Part shown: positions 8,555 through 19,392 of the stretch, piece by piece
Layout of the letters: every line of letters starts with the position of its first letter
Numbering within the stretch: the first letter of the stretch is position 1
DNA from: Acidobacteriota bacterium
Lineage (GTDB): Bacteria > Acidobacteriota > Thermoanaerobaculia > Multivoradales > J023
Direction: 5' to 3'
Assembly (NCBI GenBank): GCA_029263355.1
Contig: JAJCXQ010000686.1
Span: forward strand, 177 to 64,176
Length of the DNA: 64,000 nucleotides
The notes under the pieces: model-generated
The model's database searches: none
What the model saw: only the letters and a program-made list of their open reading frames with translations
Told to the model about the DNA's origin: nothing
Program-made: the position numbers and the translations under genes

Positions 8555-9685
8555 TTGCTCGCTGCACCGCGAGGCCCATACACTTCGCAGGTGGTCTTGC
8601 AAGTGTCCGTTGCCCCGCGGGGTCCATCAGCGGCCCGATACAGTTCTATTGAGCGACAACTGGTAGAACTGGTCGCGGCCATGACAGGTCGAGACGAGGC
8701 CTTCTCGCAGCAATGCGAGGAGGTCCGGAATTGGGAGCGTCTGCTCGAATCCGCGCTGGAGCACGGCGTCGCGGGTGTTCTGATGCAGCGCATCGCGGAC
8801 ACCGGCATTAGCCTACCGGCAAAACCTCGCGAGGCGATTGAGCAACGTCTCGCCGTCGACCGCCTGTGGCATCGCCACATGACGGGGGACCTCAGGCAGG
8901 TCCTGCAGGCGTTCGCGGAAGACGGGTTACATACCGTGACCTTGAAAGGACCGGTGCTGAGCGAACGTCTCTACCCACGGGCAGCGCTGCGTGCTTCGGG
9001 AGATCTCGACCTGTTGGTCCGCCCCGCGGACATGGCGCAAGCCCGGGAAACCTTGATCCGCATCGGCTATTCCCCCAGACCAGGAGCACCCCTTCTTCAC
9101 GCCAGCGTCTTCGACCACTCCGGTGGCGGCAATGTCGACCTGCACTATCGCGCCTCCGACGGCTTCGCCACAACCCTGGAGGCCGAAAACCTCGTCACCC
9201 GCTCGATCCCCTACGACACGGCGGACGCGGGAAGGGCGTGGATTCTGGCGCCGGAGGACGAATTCCTCTATCTCGCCGTTCACGCCGCGCGTCACCGATT
9301 TTTGCGACTACGCTGGCTCTACGATCTACATCTTTTTGCGCAGCATCATCCCGATCTCGCCTGGGAGACGATTGCCATCCGGGCCAAGGCGCACCACGTT
9401 CAACGGGCGGTTTCAACCACCTGCGAAGCGCTCGAAAGGCTGCTGCCGGAAACGCTTCCGGAGGCGGCAAAAGCCCACCTGCGACAAGAGCCCGTTCGGT
9501 CACGCATCGTGATGGCCGTGGCGTCGCTCTCTGCCGTGGCCGACGACAGCGTTTGGCGCAAAAGCTACCGAGTCTTCTGGCACGTCACCTATCACGCCCT
9601 CCTCGGCGAAAGCAGCGTCGCCAGCATCCGGTTCTGGTGGCAGTCCCTAGCGCAGGCTGCAGCGCGGCTCTGGCGCACGCGCTAG
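8555..9685 (+). CDS. Nucleotidyltransferase family protein (NTP_transf_5-like); start uncertain
   Basis: LKGPVLSERLYP...RASGDLDLLV, VDLH, LAPEDEFLYLAVHAARH, WLYDL motifs. Confidence 0.8.
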   Translation: MLAAPRGPYTSQVVLQVSVAPRGPSAARYSSIERQLVELVAAMTGRDEAFSQQCEEVRNWERLLESALEHGVAGVLMQRIADTGISLPAKPREAIEQRLAVDRLWHRHMTGDLRQVLQAFAEDGLHTVTLKGPVLSERLYPRAALRASGDLDLLVRPADMAQARETLIRIGYSPRPGAPLLHASVFDHSGGGNVDLHYRASDGFATTLEAENLVTRSIPYDTADAGRAWILAPEDEFLYLAVHAARHRFLRLRWLYDLHLFAQHHPDLAWETIAIRAKAHHVQRAVSTTCEALERLLPETLPEAAKAHLRQEPVRSRIVMAVASLSAVADDSVWRKSYRVFWHVTYHALLGESSVASIRFWWQSLAQAAARLWRTR

Positions 9686-9703
9686 CCGACCTCAGGCGAT
9701 TCA

Positions 9704-10459
9704 TCACATCCATCCGCGCCAACGATAGACCACCATTCCAAGGTATTCTTTGATGGCGCGGGTGCTGCCTTCGAGCGCTTCGGCGTCAGGCAGCCATCCT
9801 ATCCCCTCCTCAACAATCTCAAAGTCGGTAGGGGCAGCAACCACATCGACCCCAGCGGCGCGAAAGGTGGCCAGAGCCCTTGGCATGTGCAGCGCAGAAG
9901 TCACCAGCAATACTGTCTGCGGCCCTCTCTGCTCGAGCAGCACTCGAGTGAAACGGGCGTTCTCGTAAGTGGTGCGGCTCTCAGCTTCGATCAAGATCGC
10001 GTTCCGTGGGACACCAAATTCGACCAAAAGATCTGCGATCAGACTCGCCTCAGAAGCCGCATCGGGCGGTCCTCCACCAGAGGCGACGATCAACGGCGCC
10101 TTGCCGGCGGCAAACAAATGTGCCGCGTGGCGGACGCGATCCGATGCCGCCGTCAGATTGCTGGTGAGCCGCGGTGGAATCGGCCCACCGACAAAGCCAC
10201 CGAGCACCACGATCACGTCTCTCTGCGGTAAGTCCTCCGCAGCGGAGGGCGGATAACGCTGCTCCAGGGAACCTCGCAGACCGACTGAAACCACGGGCAG
10301 CGAAGGCAGCCCGAGAGTCAGCAGAGCAAGCGCCAGGCAAACCGCCACCCACAGCCGGCGACGACGCCAAAGGGCCAGGGCGGCGAGGATCAACAGGCCG
10401 AGGCCTGCGGGCAGCGGATAAACCACTGCGGAGACGGCGCCGAAAAAGAAGTCAGTCAC
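9704..10459 (-). CDS. YdcF/ElyC/SanA (DUF218) family membrane-anchored protein
   Basis: IVVLGG, SGG, SEA, EAESRTTYENA, LVTSALHMPRA, KEYLG motifs; N-terminal TM helices. Confidence 0.9.
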   Translation of the reverse strand: MTDFFFGAVSAVVYPLPAGLGLLILAALALWRRRRLWVAVCLALALLTLGLPSLPVVSVGLRGSLEQRYPPSAAEDLPQRDVIVVLGGFVGGPIPPRLTSNLTAASDRVRHAAHLFAAGKAPLIVASGGGPPDAASEASLIADLLVEFGVPRNAILIEAESRTTYENARFTRVLLEQRGPQTVLLVTSALHMPRALATFRAAGVDVVAAPTDFEIVEEGIGWLPDAEALEGSTRAIKEYLGMVVYRWRGWM

Positions 10460-10468
10460 TGCACGGTG

Positions 10469-11506
10469 CTACTGGAGAATCTCCGCCAAGATCTTCCATC
10501 GACCGTCCTCTTCCACCAGCTCGAGGATCTTGTTGGCGGCGACTTTGATGGTGTCGGATCGGTAGAGCTGCCGGAGCTGCACCCTTGCCGATCCAGCTTC
10601 CATGGCGAGAATCTCCGGATTCTCCACCGTCACCTCGATGAAGCTCGGACCTTGGATCCGGGCTCGTCGGTGACTCTCCCATTCACTGCGGCTCTGTCCT
10701 TCCGGCGGCTGGAATCCGGGAGCGTAGAAGGCGAGGTAGTCGTCCACTCGCTGATCCGACCAGGCCCCGGCCCAATCCCGAACCATGGCTAGGACTTTCG
10801 CCTTCCGTGACGCGGGCGCGTCCGGTTGGGGTAGCGATTCAGGTATCTCGGTCGTAGGTGTCTCGAGTTCAGGCGATCCACCCGTCTCAGGCGGCACCTC
10901 GTCTTCAGTCGACACCTCGATCTCAGGCGGCCCCTCGACCTCTGGCGACGCCTCAGTCTCTGGACAGCGTTCTGCTATCCGGAGCCGGCTCAACTCGGAC
11001 CGAGTGACAGCCAACTCGTCTAGCAGCTTCCGTTGCGCGATATCAGCCAACCCTAGCTGTCGCGTCAAACCGGCGATATCCGCCTGCGCCTTGTTCAGTT
11101 CGTCTTGTAGCGCTTGCTGCCTGGCAGCGAATTCCGCCGACTCCTCTTGATCCCTAGAAGCAACTTCCTCGGTCTCGGAACGAAGGGCCGACTCACTTTC
11201 AACGGTTAGCCCAGCCTCCTCCGAGCCGCTCGGGGGCCGGGGAAGATCAAACTCGACGAGATAGCTCGGACGCACCACAACCTCGCCGTTGATCTCCAGC
11301 AACGATTGAGAGTCTTCCACCTCGACCAGCGTCCCCTCGCCGACATCGATTCTCTTGGTCTCCGCGCCAACAGTGAGCTGATAATAAATCAGCCCGACAT
11401 CACCAACCTCAAGGCCCGCCATCCGACCCTTGTCGATGGTGGCAACACCTTGATGGACACTCGAGATCGTGACGATGAGCGTTAGGATTGTTTCGGTAAT
11501 CACCAA
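10469..11506 (-). CDS. Hypothetical protein: N-terminal beta domain, coiled coil, Pro/Glu linker and C-terminal NTF2-like domain
   Basis: WAGAWSDQRVDDYLAFYAPGF...RQLYRSD...KILELVEEDGRWKILAE NTF2-like pattern; start placed at TTG after GAAGGGG, with TATAAT at 11531-11526. Confidence 0.65.
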   Translation of the reverse strand: MVITETILTLIVTISSVHQGVATIDKGRMAGLEVGDVGLIYYQLTVGAETKRIDVGEGTLVEVEDSQSLLEINGEVVVRPSYLVEFDLPRPPSGSEEAGLTVESESALRSETEEVASRDQEESAEFAARQQALQDELNKAQADIAGLTRQLGLADIAQRKLLDELAVTRSELSRLRIAERCPETEASPEVEGPPEIEVSTEDEVPPETGGSPELETPTTEIPESLPQPDAPASRKAKVLAMVRDWAGAWSDQRVDDYLAFYAPGFQPPEGQSRSEWESHRRARIQGPSFIEVTVENPEILAMEAGSARVQLRQLYRSDTIKVAANKILELVEEDGRWKILAEILQ

Positions 11507-11657
11507 TTTGACCCCTTCTAGAGCCATTATAGCGAGCAGCGTCGGATCGCCGATCCCGACTCCATCGAGCGCAGAGTGCTCGACTTTGAACGCTCCAGAA
11601 TCGCGTCGCGGAAGCTTGCAGAGGCCAGCTGGACCCATCAGAGCACAGCGCCTTTGC

Positions 11658-12095
11658 CTTGAATGAGGCTTTGCAGTCCGAAAAATAACGTTCTAGTTTT
11701 TTCTAGCCGTTACTGACGTTTTACAACTAACGTTTCTGTTCATCTTGAACGTTATTGACATTTTACCAACAACCTTCAAGGCCAGGCGGAATAACTAATG
11801 ACGTTCTGCCAGTAACGCCACGGCCCAACTTGATCGTTATTGGCATTCTACTGAAAACGGTCAGGGCCAAGCCTGAACGCTATTGGCAAACGGCAATAAC
11901 AACTCAGTCGCTCTTGATCGTTATTGGCATTTTACCCAGTAACGTCACAGCGGATCTTGATCGTTATTGGCAAATTGCCAACAACAGCTCAAACGAACTT
12001 GATCGTTATTGGCATTTACCCAGTAACGATCCGGCTGGTCCTGAGCGTTATCGGCAAATTGCCAATAACGATCGAGACGTACTCAAACGTTATTA
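11658..12095. repeat. Tandem array of ~10 imperfect palindromic units with ~42-bp period (consensus CTTGATCGTTATTGGCA-N3-TGCCAATAACGATCAAG-N5)
   Basis: Unit starts at ~11702, 11744, ~11787, 11829, 11872, 11913, 11956, 11998, 12040, 12082 (half unit), with a faint remnant at ~11658-11696; CTTGATCGTTATTGGCA is exact at 11829, 11913, 11956 and 11998. Confidence 0.9.
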
Positions 12096-12105
12096 AAGCT
12101 CTATG

Positions 12106-12195
12106 TGGCGGAGAGAGTGGGATTCGAACCCACGGACCACGTGAATGGTCAACGGTTTTCAAGACCGTCGCTTTCGGCCGCTCAGCCATCTCTCC
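12106..12195 (-). tRNA. tRNA-Ser (anticodon UGA)
   Basis: GGAGAGA acceptor stem, ACGGT-CT-TGA-AA-ACCGT anticodon arm, long variable arm, GGTTCGAATCC T-arm, encoded CCA; 90 nt. Confidence 0.97.
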
Positions 12196-12216
12196 GGCGA
12201 TTGGACCTGCCCCAGC

Positions 12217-13549
<1,333 letters not shown>

Positions 13550-13747
13550 CACGTTGTGGAGTTATTTATCTCATAGTATGAGCTGGTTCCACGCGGCTTG
13601 CCCATCCTCGAGCCGAGGATTCCAAACCTCGCTCATTCACACTAGAATATTGCCTGAGAGCATATTCAAGTACTCGCACCGGCCGCTTTCCTCGCTCAGC
13701 GACACCCATCTATCTCACTCTCGAGCTGCAACACCCGAGCCACCCTG

Positions 13748-14710
13748 ATGTCCGAATCCCTCGCCTTGAGCATCGTCGTGCCGATCTTCAACGAGCGCGA
13801 CAACTTACAAGATCTCCACGCTGAGCTGATGGGTGTCTTGGTCGATGGTTATGATGGCTACGAAGTGATCTATGTCGACGACGGCAGTACCGACGGCTCG
13901 GCAGCTATCCTGGCCGAGCTTGTCGCAAGCGAACCTACTGCGATCGCGGTGTTCCTGCGTCGCAACTACGGCCAGACCGCCGCCTTCGCAGCGGGCTTCG
14001 CTCAGGCGCGCGGAGAAATCGTGGTGACGATGGACGGTGATCTACAAAATGATCCCAAGGACATCCCGAACCTGCTCGCCAGGTTGGACGAAGGGGCCGA
14101 CGTGGTGAGCGGTTGGCGAGTGGATCGACAGGACACTCTGATACGGAGGCTGCCATCAATGCTGGCCAACCGCCTGATCTCGGCGGTGACCGGGGTTCAC
14201 CTGCACGACTATGGTTGTTCGCTCAAGGCCTATCGTTTGGAGATCTTGAAGGACGTGCGTCTATATGGCGAGATGCACCGATTCTTGCCAGCGCTGTGCC
14301 ACTGGCAAGGTGCGACGATCGCCGAGGTCGAAACCCGCCATCGCCCCCGTACCCGGGGCATCTCGAAGTACGGCATTGGCCGCACGCTGCGGGTGATCAT
14401 GGATCTGCTGACCGTCAAGTTCCTGATGAGTTTCTCTACCCGGCCCTTACACGTTTTCGGCAGTGTAGGCTTGATCTCGCTGGCGCTCGGAATGGCGGTC
14501 AACCTTTACCTCACTTTTCAGAAACTGGTACTCGGTATGGCGATCGGCAATCGGCCGTTGTTGCTGCTCGGTGTATTGTTGCTGTTCACTGGGTTTCAAT
14601 TCATGAGTATGGGCCTGCTGGGCGAGATGCTGGCCCGCATCTACCATGAGTCTCAGCAGAAGCCCATTTACTCGATTCGACGGATACTCTCGGGGACACC
14701 CAAAGTATGA
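13748..14710 (+). CDS. GT2 polyprenol-phosphate glycosyltransferase (DPM/GtrB/ArnC-like)
   Basis: SIVVPIFNE, VDDGSTDGS, RNYGQTAA, MDGDLQNDP, DYGCSLKAY; two C-terminal TM helices. Confidence 0.92.
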   Translation: MSESLALSIVVPIFNERDNLQDLHAELMGVLVDGYDGYEVIYVDDGSTDGSAAILAELVASEPTAIAVFLRRNYGQTAAFAAGFAQARGEIVVTMDGDLQNDPKDIPNLLARLDEGADVVSGWRVDRQDTLIRRLPSMLANRLISAVTGVHLHDYGCSLKAYRLEILKDVRLYGEMHRFLPALCHWQGATIAEVETRHRPRTRGISKYGIGRTLRVIMDLLTVKFLMSFSTRPLHVFGSVGLISLALGMAVNLYLTFQKLVLGMAIGNRPLLLLGVLLLFTGFQFMSMGLLGEMLARIYHESQQKPIYSIRRILSGTPKV

Positions 14711-15405
14711 CCACTGTGCGTAGCTCGGAATATGCCGAGAAGGGCGACTATCACCGCCATCTCGATAAGAACTGGCGCTTCTACCCGATTTATGTCGCCA
14801 AGATGGCACGGGTACGCGAGCAACTTGAAAAACTGCCGGCAGACGCCAAGATCGCCGACCTGGGTTGTGGCGAAGGTATCCTGGTGGAAGAGCTACGAGA
14901 CCAGGGACGCGATGCGATCGGCATCGATCTCAACTACGAGTCTGAAGCTGTCATCAAAGATGACATCACCCAGACTCGGTTCGACAGTGAGTCATTCGAC
15001 GCCATTCTCTGTCTCGACGTGCTGGAGCATCTGCAGTTCGACGACCAAGTCAAAGCACTGAGTGAAATCTATCGCTTGCTGCGGCCAGGAGGTCGCTTGA
15101 TCGCGACGCTGCCCAACTTGGCGCATTTTTCGTCACGCTTCTCGTTCTTGCTGCTGGGACGGCTGCTGCGAACCTCGGAGGTCGAGCGCCACCCGGGGGA
15201 CCGTCCGATCGCCGAATACATTGATCTGATCGAGTCCAACTTCGTGATCGAGCACCGCAAAGGGATCTTCCCAACCTTCCCTTTGACACTCTACTTGACC
15301 GTCAAGATCCCCAGCAAAGTGGTGGGATGGCACCGCTTCCTCAACGCGTTTTTCGCGGTGCCCGGCTGGTGTTTCTTGAACCTGCTGGTCTGCCGCAAGA
15401 AATAA
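14707..15405 (+). CDS. Class I SAM-dependent methyltransferase
   Basis: ADLGCGEG, FDAILCLDVLEH, LLRPGG; ATGA coupling to the upstream GT2. Confidence 0.9.
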   Translation: MTTVRSSEYAEKGDYHRHLDKNWRFYPIYVAKMARVREQLEKLPADAKIADLGCGEGILVEELRDQGRDAIGIDLNYESEAVIKDDITQTRFDSESFDAILCLDVLEHLQFDDQVKALSEIYRLLRPGGRLIATLPNLAHFSSRFSFLLLGRLLRTSEVERHPGDRPIAEYIDLIESNFVIEHRKGIFPTFPLTLYLTVKIPSKVVGWHRFLNAFFAVPGWCFLNLLVCRKK

Positions 15406-15409
15406 CGCG

Positions 15410-17257
15410 TCACTCAACGTCGAAACGGATCGGCTCGATGCTCATCGGTAACGGGTAGAACATCGGATCACCTTCGAAGCGAACCACGACACGGACCTCG
15501 CCGATTCCGGGATCGTCTGCTCCCTCACCCGTGGCTGTGATCACATAACCCTCCCAGCCCGCGGTCAACGCGTCGCGACGGAAACTCTTCGCCACGTCGG
15601 TACGATGGACGCCGAGCACCAGCTCACCACAGATGGCGCCTCGACGATCGAGCACCAGAACCTCGGCAACCCTAGCGCCCGACCTGTAAGCCCAACCTCC
15701 AAGGCGAACAAAGTTCGCGCTGATCCGAGTCGAACGGTCGACGTAACCCGCCATGTCCTCTAGTAGCCGATCCGCCAGACGCTCAGGCTCGATCAGTTCA
15801 CCGAGACGCAGGGGCCAGGGGCGATCGAACGGCACGTGCCCCGTGCGCTCGAGGTAGGCGCGACGCATCCACACATGCTCAGGCCAGGGCGCGACTGTCG
15901 CCTCGATGATCTCGTTGTCTGGCACGCCGTGGACCACTGCAAGGGCAGCGACAGGCTGCCGTGCGCCCCGCGCCACAAAACGATCCACCACCGGACCTCC
16001 GCGAAGGTGCATCGCCGTCGCCAGCCCTGCCACCAACGCCAACAGCAGAACCGCACCTACGACCCGAACAGGCGGCTGGGAAGGCCGATAACGCCACGCC
16101 AGCAGCCCGATCGAGGTCAGCAGGCCGATCCAGAACAGTGCCGCCAGCGAGCCGTAACGAGACGACATCGCTTGCGCTTCGCCGAACCCGGAACGGCCGA
16201 CGGCAGTCATCAACGCGTTACCTAAACCGTAGGCCTGAATCATCAACCACGGCGCCATCTCGACACGTAAAGACTTAGAGCTGAACGATAGCAGGACACA
16301 GCCCGCGACCACCAAGCCACTGGCCGCGATCGCGATCAGCCCGATCGTCCGTGCGGTCACCAACTCGCCGGAGAAGATCGAGCCCAGATAAACCGCCGCG
16401 TAACGTAACAACGACGTGGGATGACGAGTCTGTAACTCAGGGTGGTAGGGCAGCGACTCGTAGGACAGAGCGAAGAGAGCGACCACCAAACCCATTCCGC
16501 CGCCGAGCAGTAACAGGCGACGCCAGCTCAAACGCAGAAACACCCCGCCAGCGATCAACACCGGCCACAGAATCAAGTGAGTGCTGTGGCTGAAGGCGGC
16601 GGCGATGCCGAACAACAGCACCGGCCATACCGCCCACATCGTGCCGATCTCGGCACGCCGAGTCAAAGCAACGATCGCAGCAACCGCCAGCACATTGGCA
16701 AAGAACCAAATACTGCCACTGAATCCCATCGCCACGTTATGCGCCGCAACTGGCGAAAAACAGAACAACGCCACACCCAAGCCGAAGGTGACCTTGCCCC
16801 AAGGGCTGGCACGAAGTGCCGATGGCAGAGCCGAGACCAAAAGCACCAGTTCCAAGGTCAACAGCAGCAGAGAGAAAAATGTCAGGCCAAGATTGTGGCC
16901 GTTGGTGAGCAGGATGTTGAGAGCGTAAACCAACAACGGCAGTGAAGCGCGGTGCTCGTTCGACTTCAGATTCAGCCAATGCACCGGATCAACCGACAGG
17001 CCACCGCCTTCAGCTTCGCCGCCAACTTCGATCATGTCGCCCAGGATGGCGTAATAATCGTTGTGCTGCATTCGGCCGAAGCTCGAAAATTCGCCTAGGT
17101 AAACGACGATCGGCGACACAATTATCAGCCAGGTCACCATGCTGACGAGCAGCTTCGATCGCCGAACTGCGGGCACAGATCCCGAATGAGATTCACCACG
17201 TGGCGAGTCGACACGTGGCGAGTCAGCTTGTGACGAAACGTCTTCAGAGGACATCAT
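15410..17257 (-). CDS. Polytopic membrane protein, GT-C-like (paralog of 17382..19190)
   Basis: About ten TM segments; NDYY, NEHR, GR-x-GFG...SRY motifs; C-terminal extracytoplasmic domain with GWA...HRxD. Confidence 0.65.
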   Translation of the reverse strand: MMSSEDVSSQADSPRVDSPRGESHSGSVPAVRRSKLLVSMVTWLIIVSPIVVYLGEFSSFGRMQHNDYYAILGDMIEVGGEAEGGGLSVDPVHWLNLKSNEHRASLPLLVYALNILLTNGHNLGLTFFSLLLLTLELVLLVSALPSALRASPWGKVTFGLGVALFCFSPVAAHNVAMGFSGSIWFFANVLAVAAIVALTRRAEIGTMWAVWPVLLFGIAAAFSHSTHLILWPVLIAGGVFLRLSWRRLLLLGGGMGLVVALFALSYESLPYHPELQTRHPTSLLRYAAVYLGSIFSGELVTARTIGLIAIAASGLVVAGCVLLSFSSKSLRVEMAPWLMIQAYGLGNALMTAVGRSGFGEAQAMSSRYGSLAALFWIGLLTSIGLLAWRYRPSQPPVRVVGAVLLLALVAGLATAMHLRGGPVVDRFVARGARQPVAALAVVHGVPDNEIIEATVAPWPEHVWMRRAYLERTGHVPFDRPWPLRLGELIEPERLADRLLEDMAGYVDRSTRISANFVRLGGWAYRSGARVAEVLVLDRRGAICGELVLGVHRTDVAKSFRRDALTAGWEGYVITATGEGADDPGIGEVRVVVRFEGDPMFYPLPMSIEPIRFDVE

Positions 17258-17330
17258 GAGCTCGATGCATCGGGTCTTGGCGTGGCGGATGGACGAATCG
17301 TCAGCGGGCAGGCGGGGGTGGGATGCCGAT

Positions 17331-17363
17331 GCAGTGTAACCACCGCTTTCGAAAAGCGTCAAT
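17331..17363 (-). promoter_or_regulatory. Second copy of the serS-type promoter (TTGACG-N18-TACACT)
   Basis: 30/33 nt identical to 13517-13549. Confidence 0.65.
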
Positions 17364-17381
17364 AGCACACCGGATCCGTGG

Positions 17382-19190
17382 TTAGTTGCCGCCCTCAGGA
17401 CCGATGAGCAGTTGCTCAGTCACGCTCTCTCGGGTCGGCAACGGGTAGAAGAGAGGATCCCCGGCCAACCGCACCCAGGACCTGAGCTGCCCAGACTTGG
17501 AATCGACTCGGGCATATCCTTCCCAGCCGGCAACCAACGCCTCGTCTCCTACCCGCTGTCGCAGCTCCGGACGGTGAATGCCGGTGAATATCTCGCCCCG
17601 ATAGACCCCCCCTTTGTCCAGAACGATGACTTCGGCCACCGCCGACGATCGACTGTAGGCCCAACCGCTCGGCCGAACAAAGCCGCCGTGGAGACCCTGA
17701 GTCAAGCGCTCGAATTCGCCCTGGAGCTGAGGATGGGGCTGATCACTCAAGAGTGAGGCTTCGATCCGCTCACCTAGACGCCAACGATATGGGCGATGGA
17801 ACGGCACATGGCCAGAGGCCTTCATGAAGTTGTAGACACGGTACATTTGGCGCGGCGCGGGGGTGACAGCACGGCTGAAGATATAGTCGTCGGCGATACC
17901 CAAATGCAACGCCAAAGCCGCGACAGGCTGGCGACTTCCGCGTGCCAGAAAGCGGTCCATCACCGATGCCCCTCGAACATGCATCGCGACCGCCGCGCCC
18001 ACAGCCAGGCTGATCAGTCCCACCGCGACACCGACTCTGCCCAACCTCGAGTTGGGGCGCAGTCGCCAGCCTATGATGCCGAAAGGTATCAACAAGCCTA
18101 CCCAGAACAGAGCGGCCATCGACGCATAACGCGACGCCAACGCCTGCTCCATGCCGAACCCAGCGCGCCCGATAGCAGCCATGGCAGCGTTGCCAAGGCC
18201 ATAAAGCTGGATCATCAGCCAAGGCGCCAGGTCGGTACGCAAGTCCTTTGAGGGCAGTGTCTTCCATACCCATGGAAGACAGACCATGAGTGCCAGACTA
18301 ATGACGCTGCCAAGCATAGCGACACTTCCCACCACTCGAGCGAGGTTGACATCCGCACTGAACAGCCCTCCAAGATACACCGCCGTGTAGCTCAGCAGCG
18401 TCGATATTCCGCGGGTGGTCGGGGCAGGATGACTGGCGAGAGATTGGTAGGTAAAAACAAAGAGAGCCAGGATCCAAGTCGCGCCGGCGGCCAGGAGAAT
18501 CAGCCGGCGGAACCTCAAACGAAGAAACAGGGCTCCGACGAGCACAGCAGGCCACAACATCAGATGTGTGCTGTGGGTGAAGGCTCCCAAGGTACCCAGC
18601 AACAACACTGGCCACAGCGTCCAGTAGCTACCGCGCTCAGCCCTCCAACTCAAGACAGCAATAGCGGCAACGGACAACGCATTGGCAAAGAACCAAATGG
18701 ACCCGCTGAAGCCCATTGCCACGCTGTGCGCCGCAACCGGCGTAAAACAAAACAGCGCCAGCGTAAAACCGAAGCCGGTGCGTAGCCAACCGTTCGCTCG
18801 CAGGTCCGTCGGCAGCAGGCGCACCATGATAACCAGAGTGACCGCCAACAAGAGAAGCGAGAAGGCTGTCAAGCCGAGGTTGTGACCATCGGCTAGAGCC
18901 ATGTTCGCAACGTACACCAGCACCGGCAGGCTGACTCGATGTTCATTGGCTTTGAGGTTCAGCCAACGCGCCGGCTGGTACGAGATCTCCTCGCCCTCGA
19001 CAATACGATGCAAAATACCGTAGTAGTCATTACCCTGAAGCTCACCAAATTCTGGGACCTTGGCCAGGTAGACGGTCAGAGGTAAGAAGATGACGAGCCA
19101 TGTAAAGACGCTTAGACTCCAGGTCGCCGCACGACGCGGATACAGACTCGTCAAAACAAATTGGGTCCATTGGACAGAATGTTTCGTCAT
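17382..19190 (-). CDS. Polytopic membrane protein, GT-C-like (paralog of 15410..17257)
   Basis: Shares NDYY, WLNLKxNEHRxSLP, AMGFSGSIWFFAN, APWLMIQxYGLGNA and SRY motifs with its neighbour. Confidence 0.65.
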   Translation of the reverse strand: MTKHSVQWTQFVLTSLYPRRAATWSLSVFTWLVIFLPLTVYLAKVPEFGELQGNDYYGILHRIVEGEEISYQPARWLNLKANEHRVSLPVLVYVANMALADGHNLGLTAFSLLLLAVTLVIMVRLLPTDLRANGWLRTGFGFTLALFCFTPVAAHSVAMGFSGSIWFFANALSVAAIAVLSWRAERGSYWTLWPVLLLGTLGAFTHSTHLMLWPAVLVGALFLRLRFRRLILLAAGATWILALFVFTYQSLASHPAPTTRGISTLLSYTAVYLGGLFSADVNLARVVGSVAMLGSVISLALMVCLPWVWKTLPSKDLRTDLAPWLMIQLYGLGNAAMAAIGRAGFGMEQALASRYASMAALFWVGLLIPFGIIGWRLRPNSRLGRVGVAVGLISLAVGAAVAMHVRGASVMDRFLARGSRQPVAALALHLGIADDYIFSRAVTPAPRQMYRVYNFMKASGHVPFHRPYRWRLGERIEASLLSDQPHPQLQGEFERLTQGLHGGFVRPSGWAYSRSSAVAEVIVLDKGGVYRGEIFTGIHRPELRQRVGDEALVAGWEGYARVDSKSGQLRSWVRLAGDPLFYPLPTRESVTEQLLIGPEGGN

Positions 19191-19392
19191 GTCTCGCTTT
19201 GATGAGGGCCAGGCTGAAATTATTGGGATAACGACTTATGCTTGAAAAGCATATACGGTTCATGCCGTGTCTCCGTCACAGTTCCGACTTGGCGCTGTAG
19301 TCCGGGATACCGTCATCTGGGATACCGTCATCCGGGCTGCCACCAACCGACCCCAATCCTCCGGGACTAAAAACCTCGAGCTTGTTTCGACT

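Noticed and set aside
11658..12095. CRISPR array (or TIGR-type guide array) call for the 42-bp repeats
   Set aside because: The variable parts are degenerate reverse complements of the conserved arm, unique linkers are only ~5 nt, and no cas or Nop-domain gene is in the window.
1..12105. Integrative element or prophage at tRNA-Ser
   Set aside because: No integrase, phage genes or duplicated tRNA 3' end were seen in the window; it cannot be excluded beyond the left edge.
12106..12195. tRNA-Sec
   Set aside because: The anticodon is UGA (reads UCA, Ser), not UCA, and the acceptor stem is a normal 7 bp.
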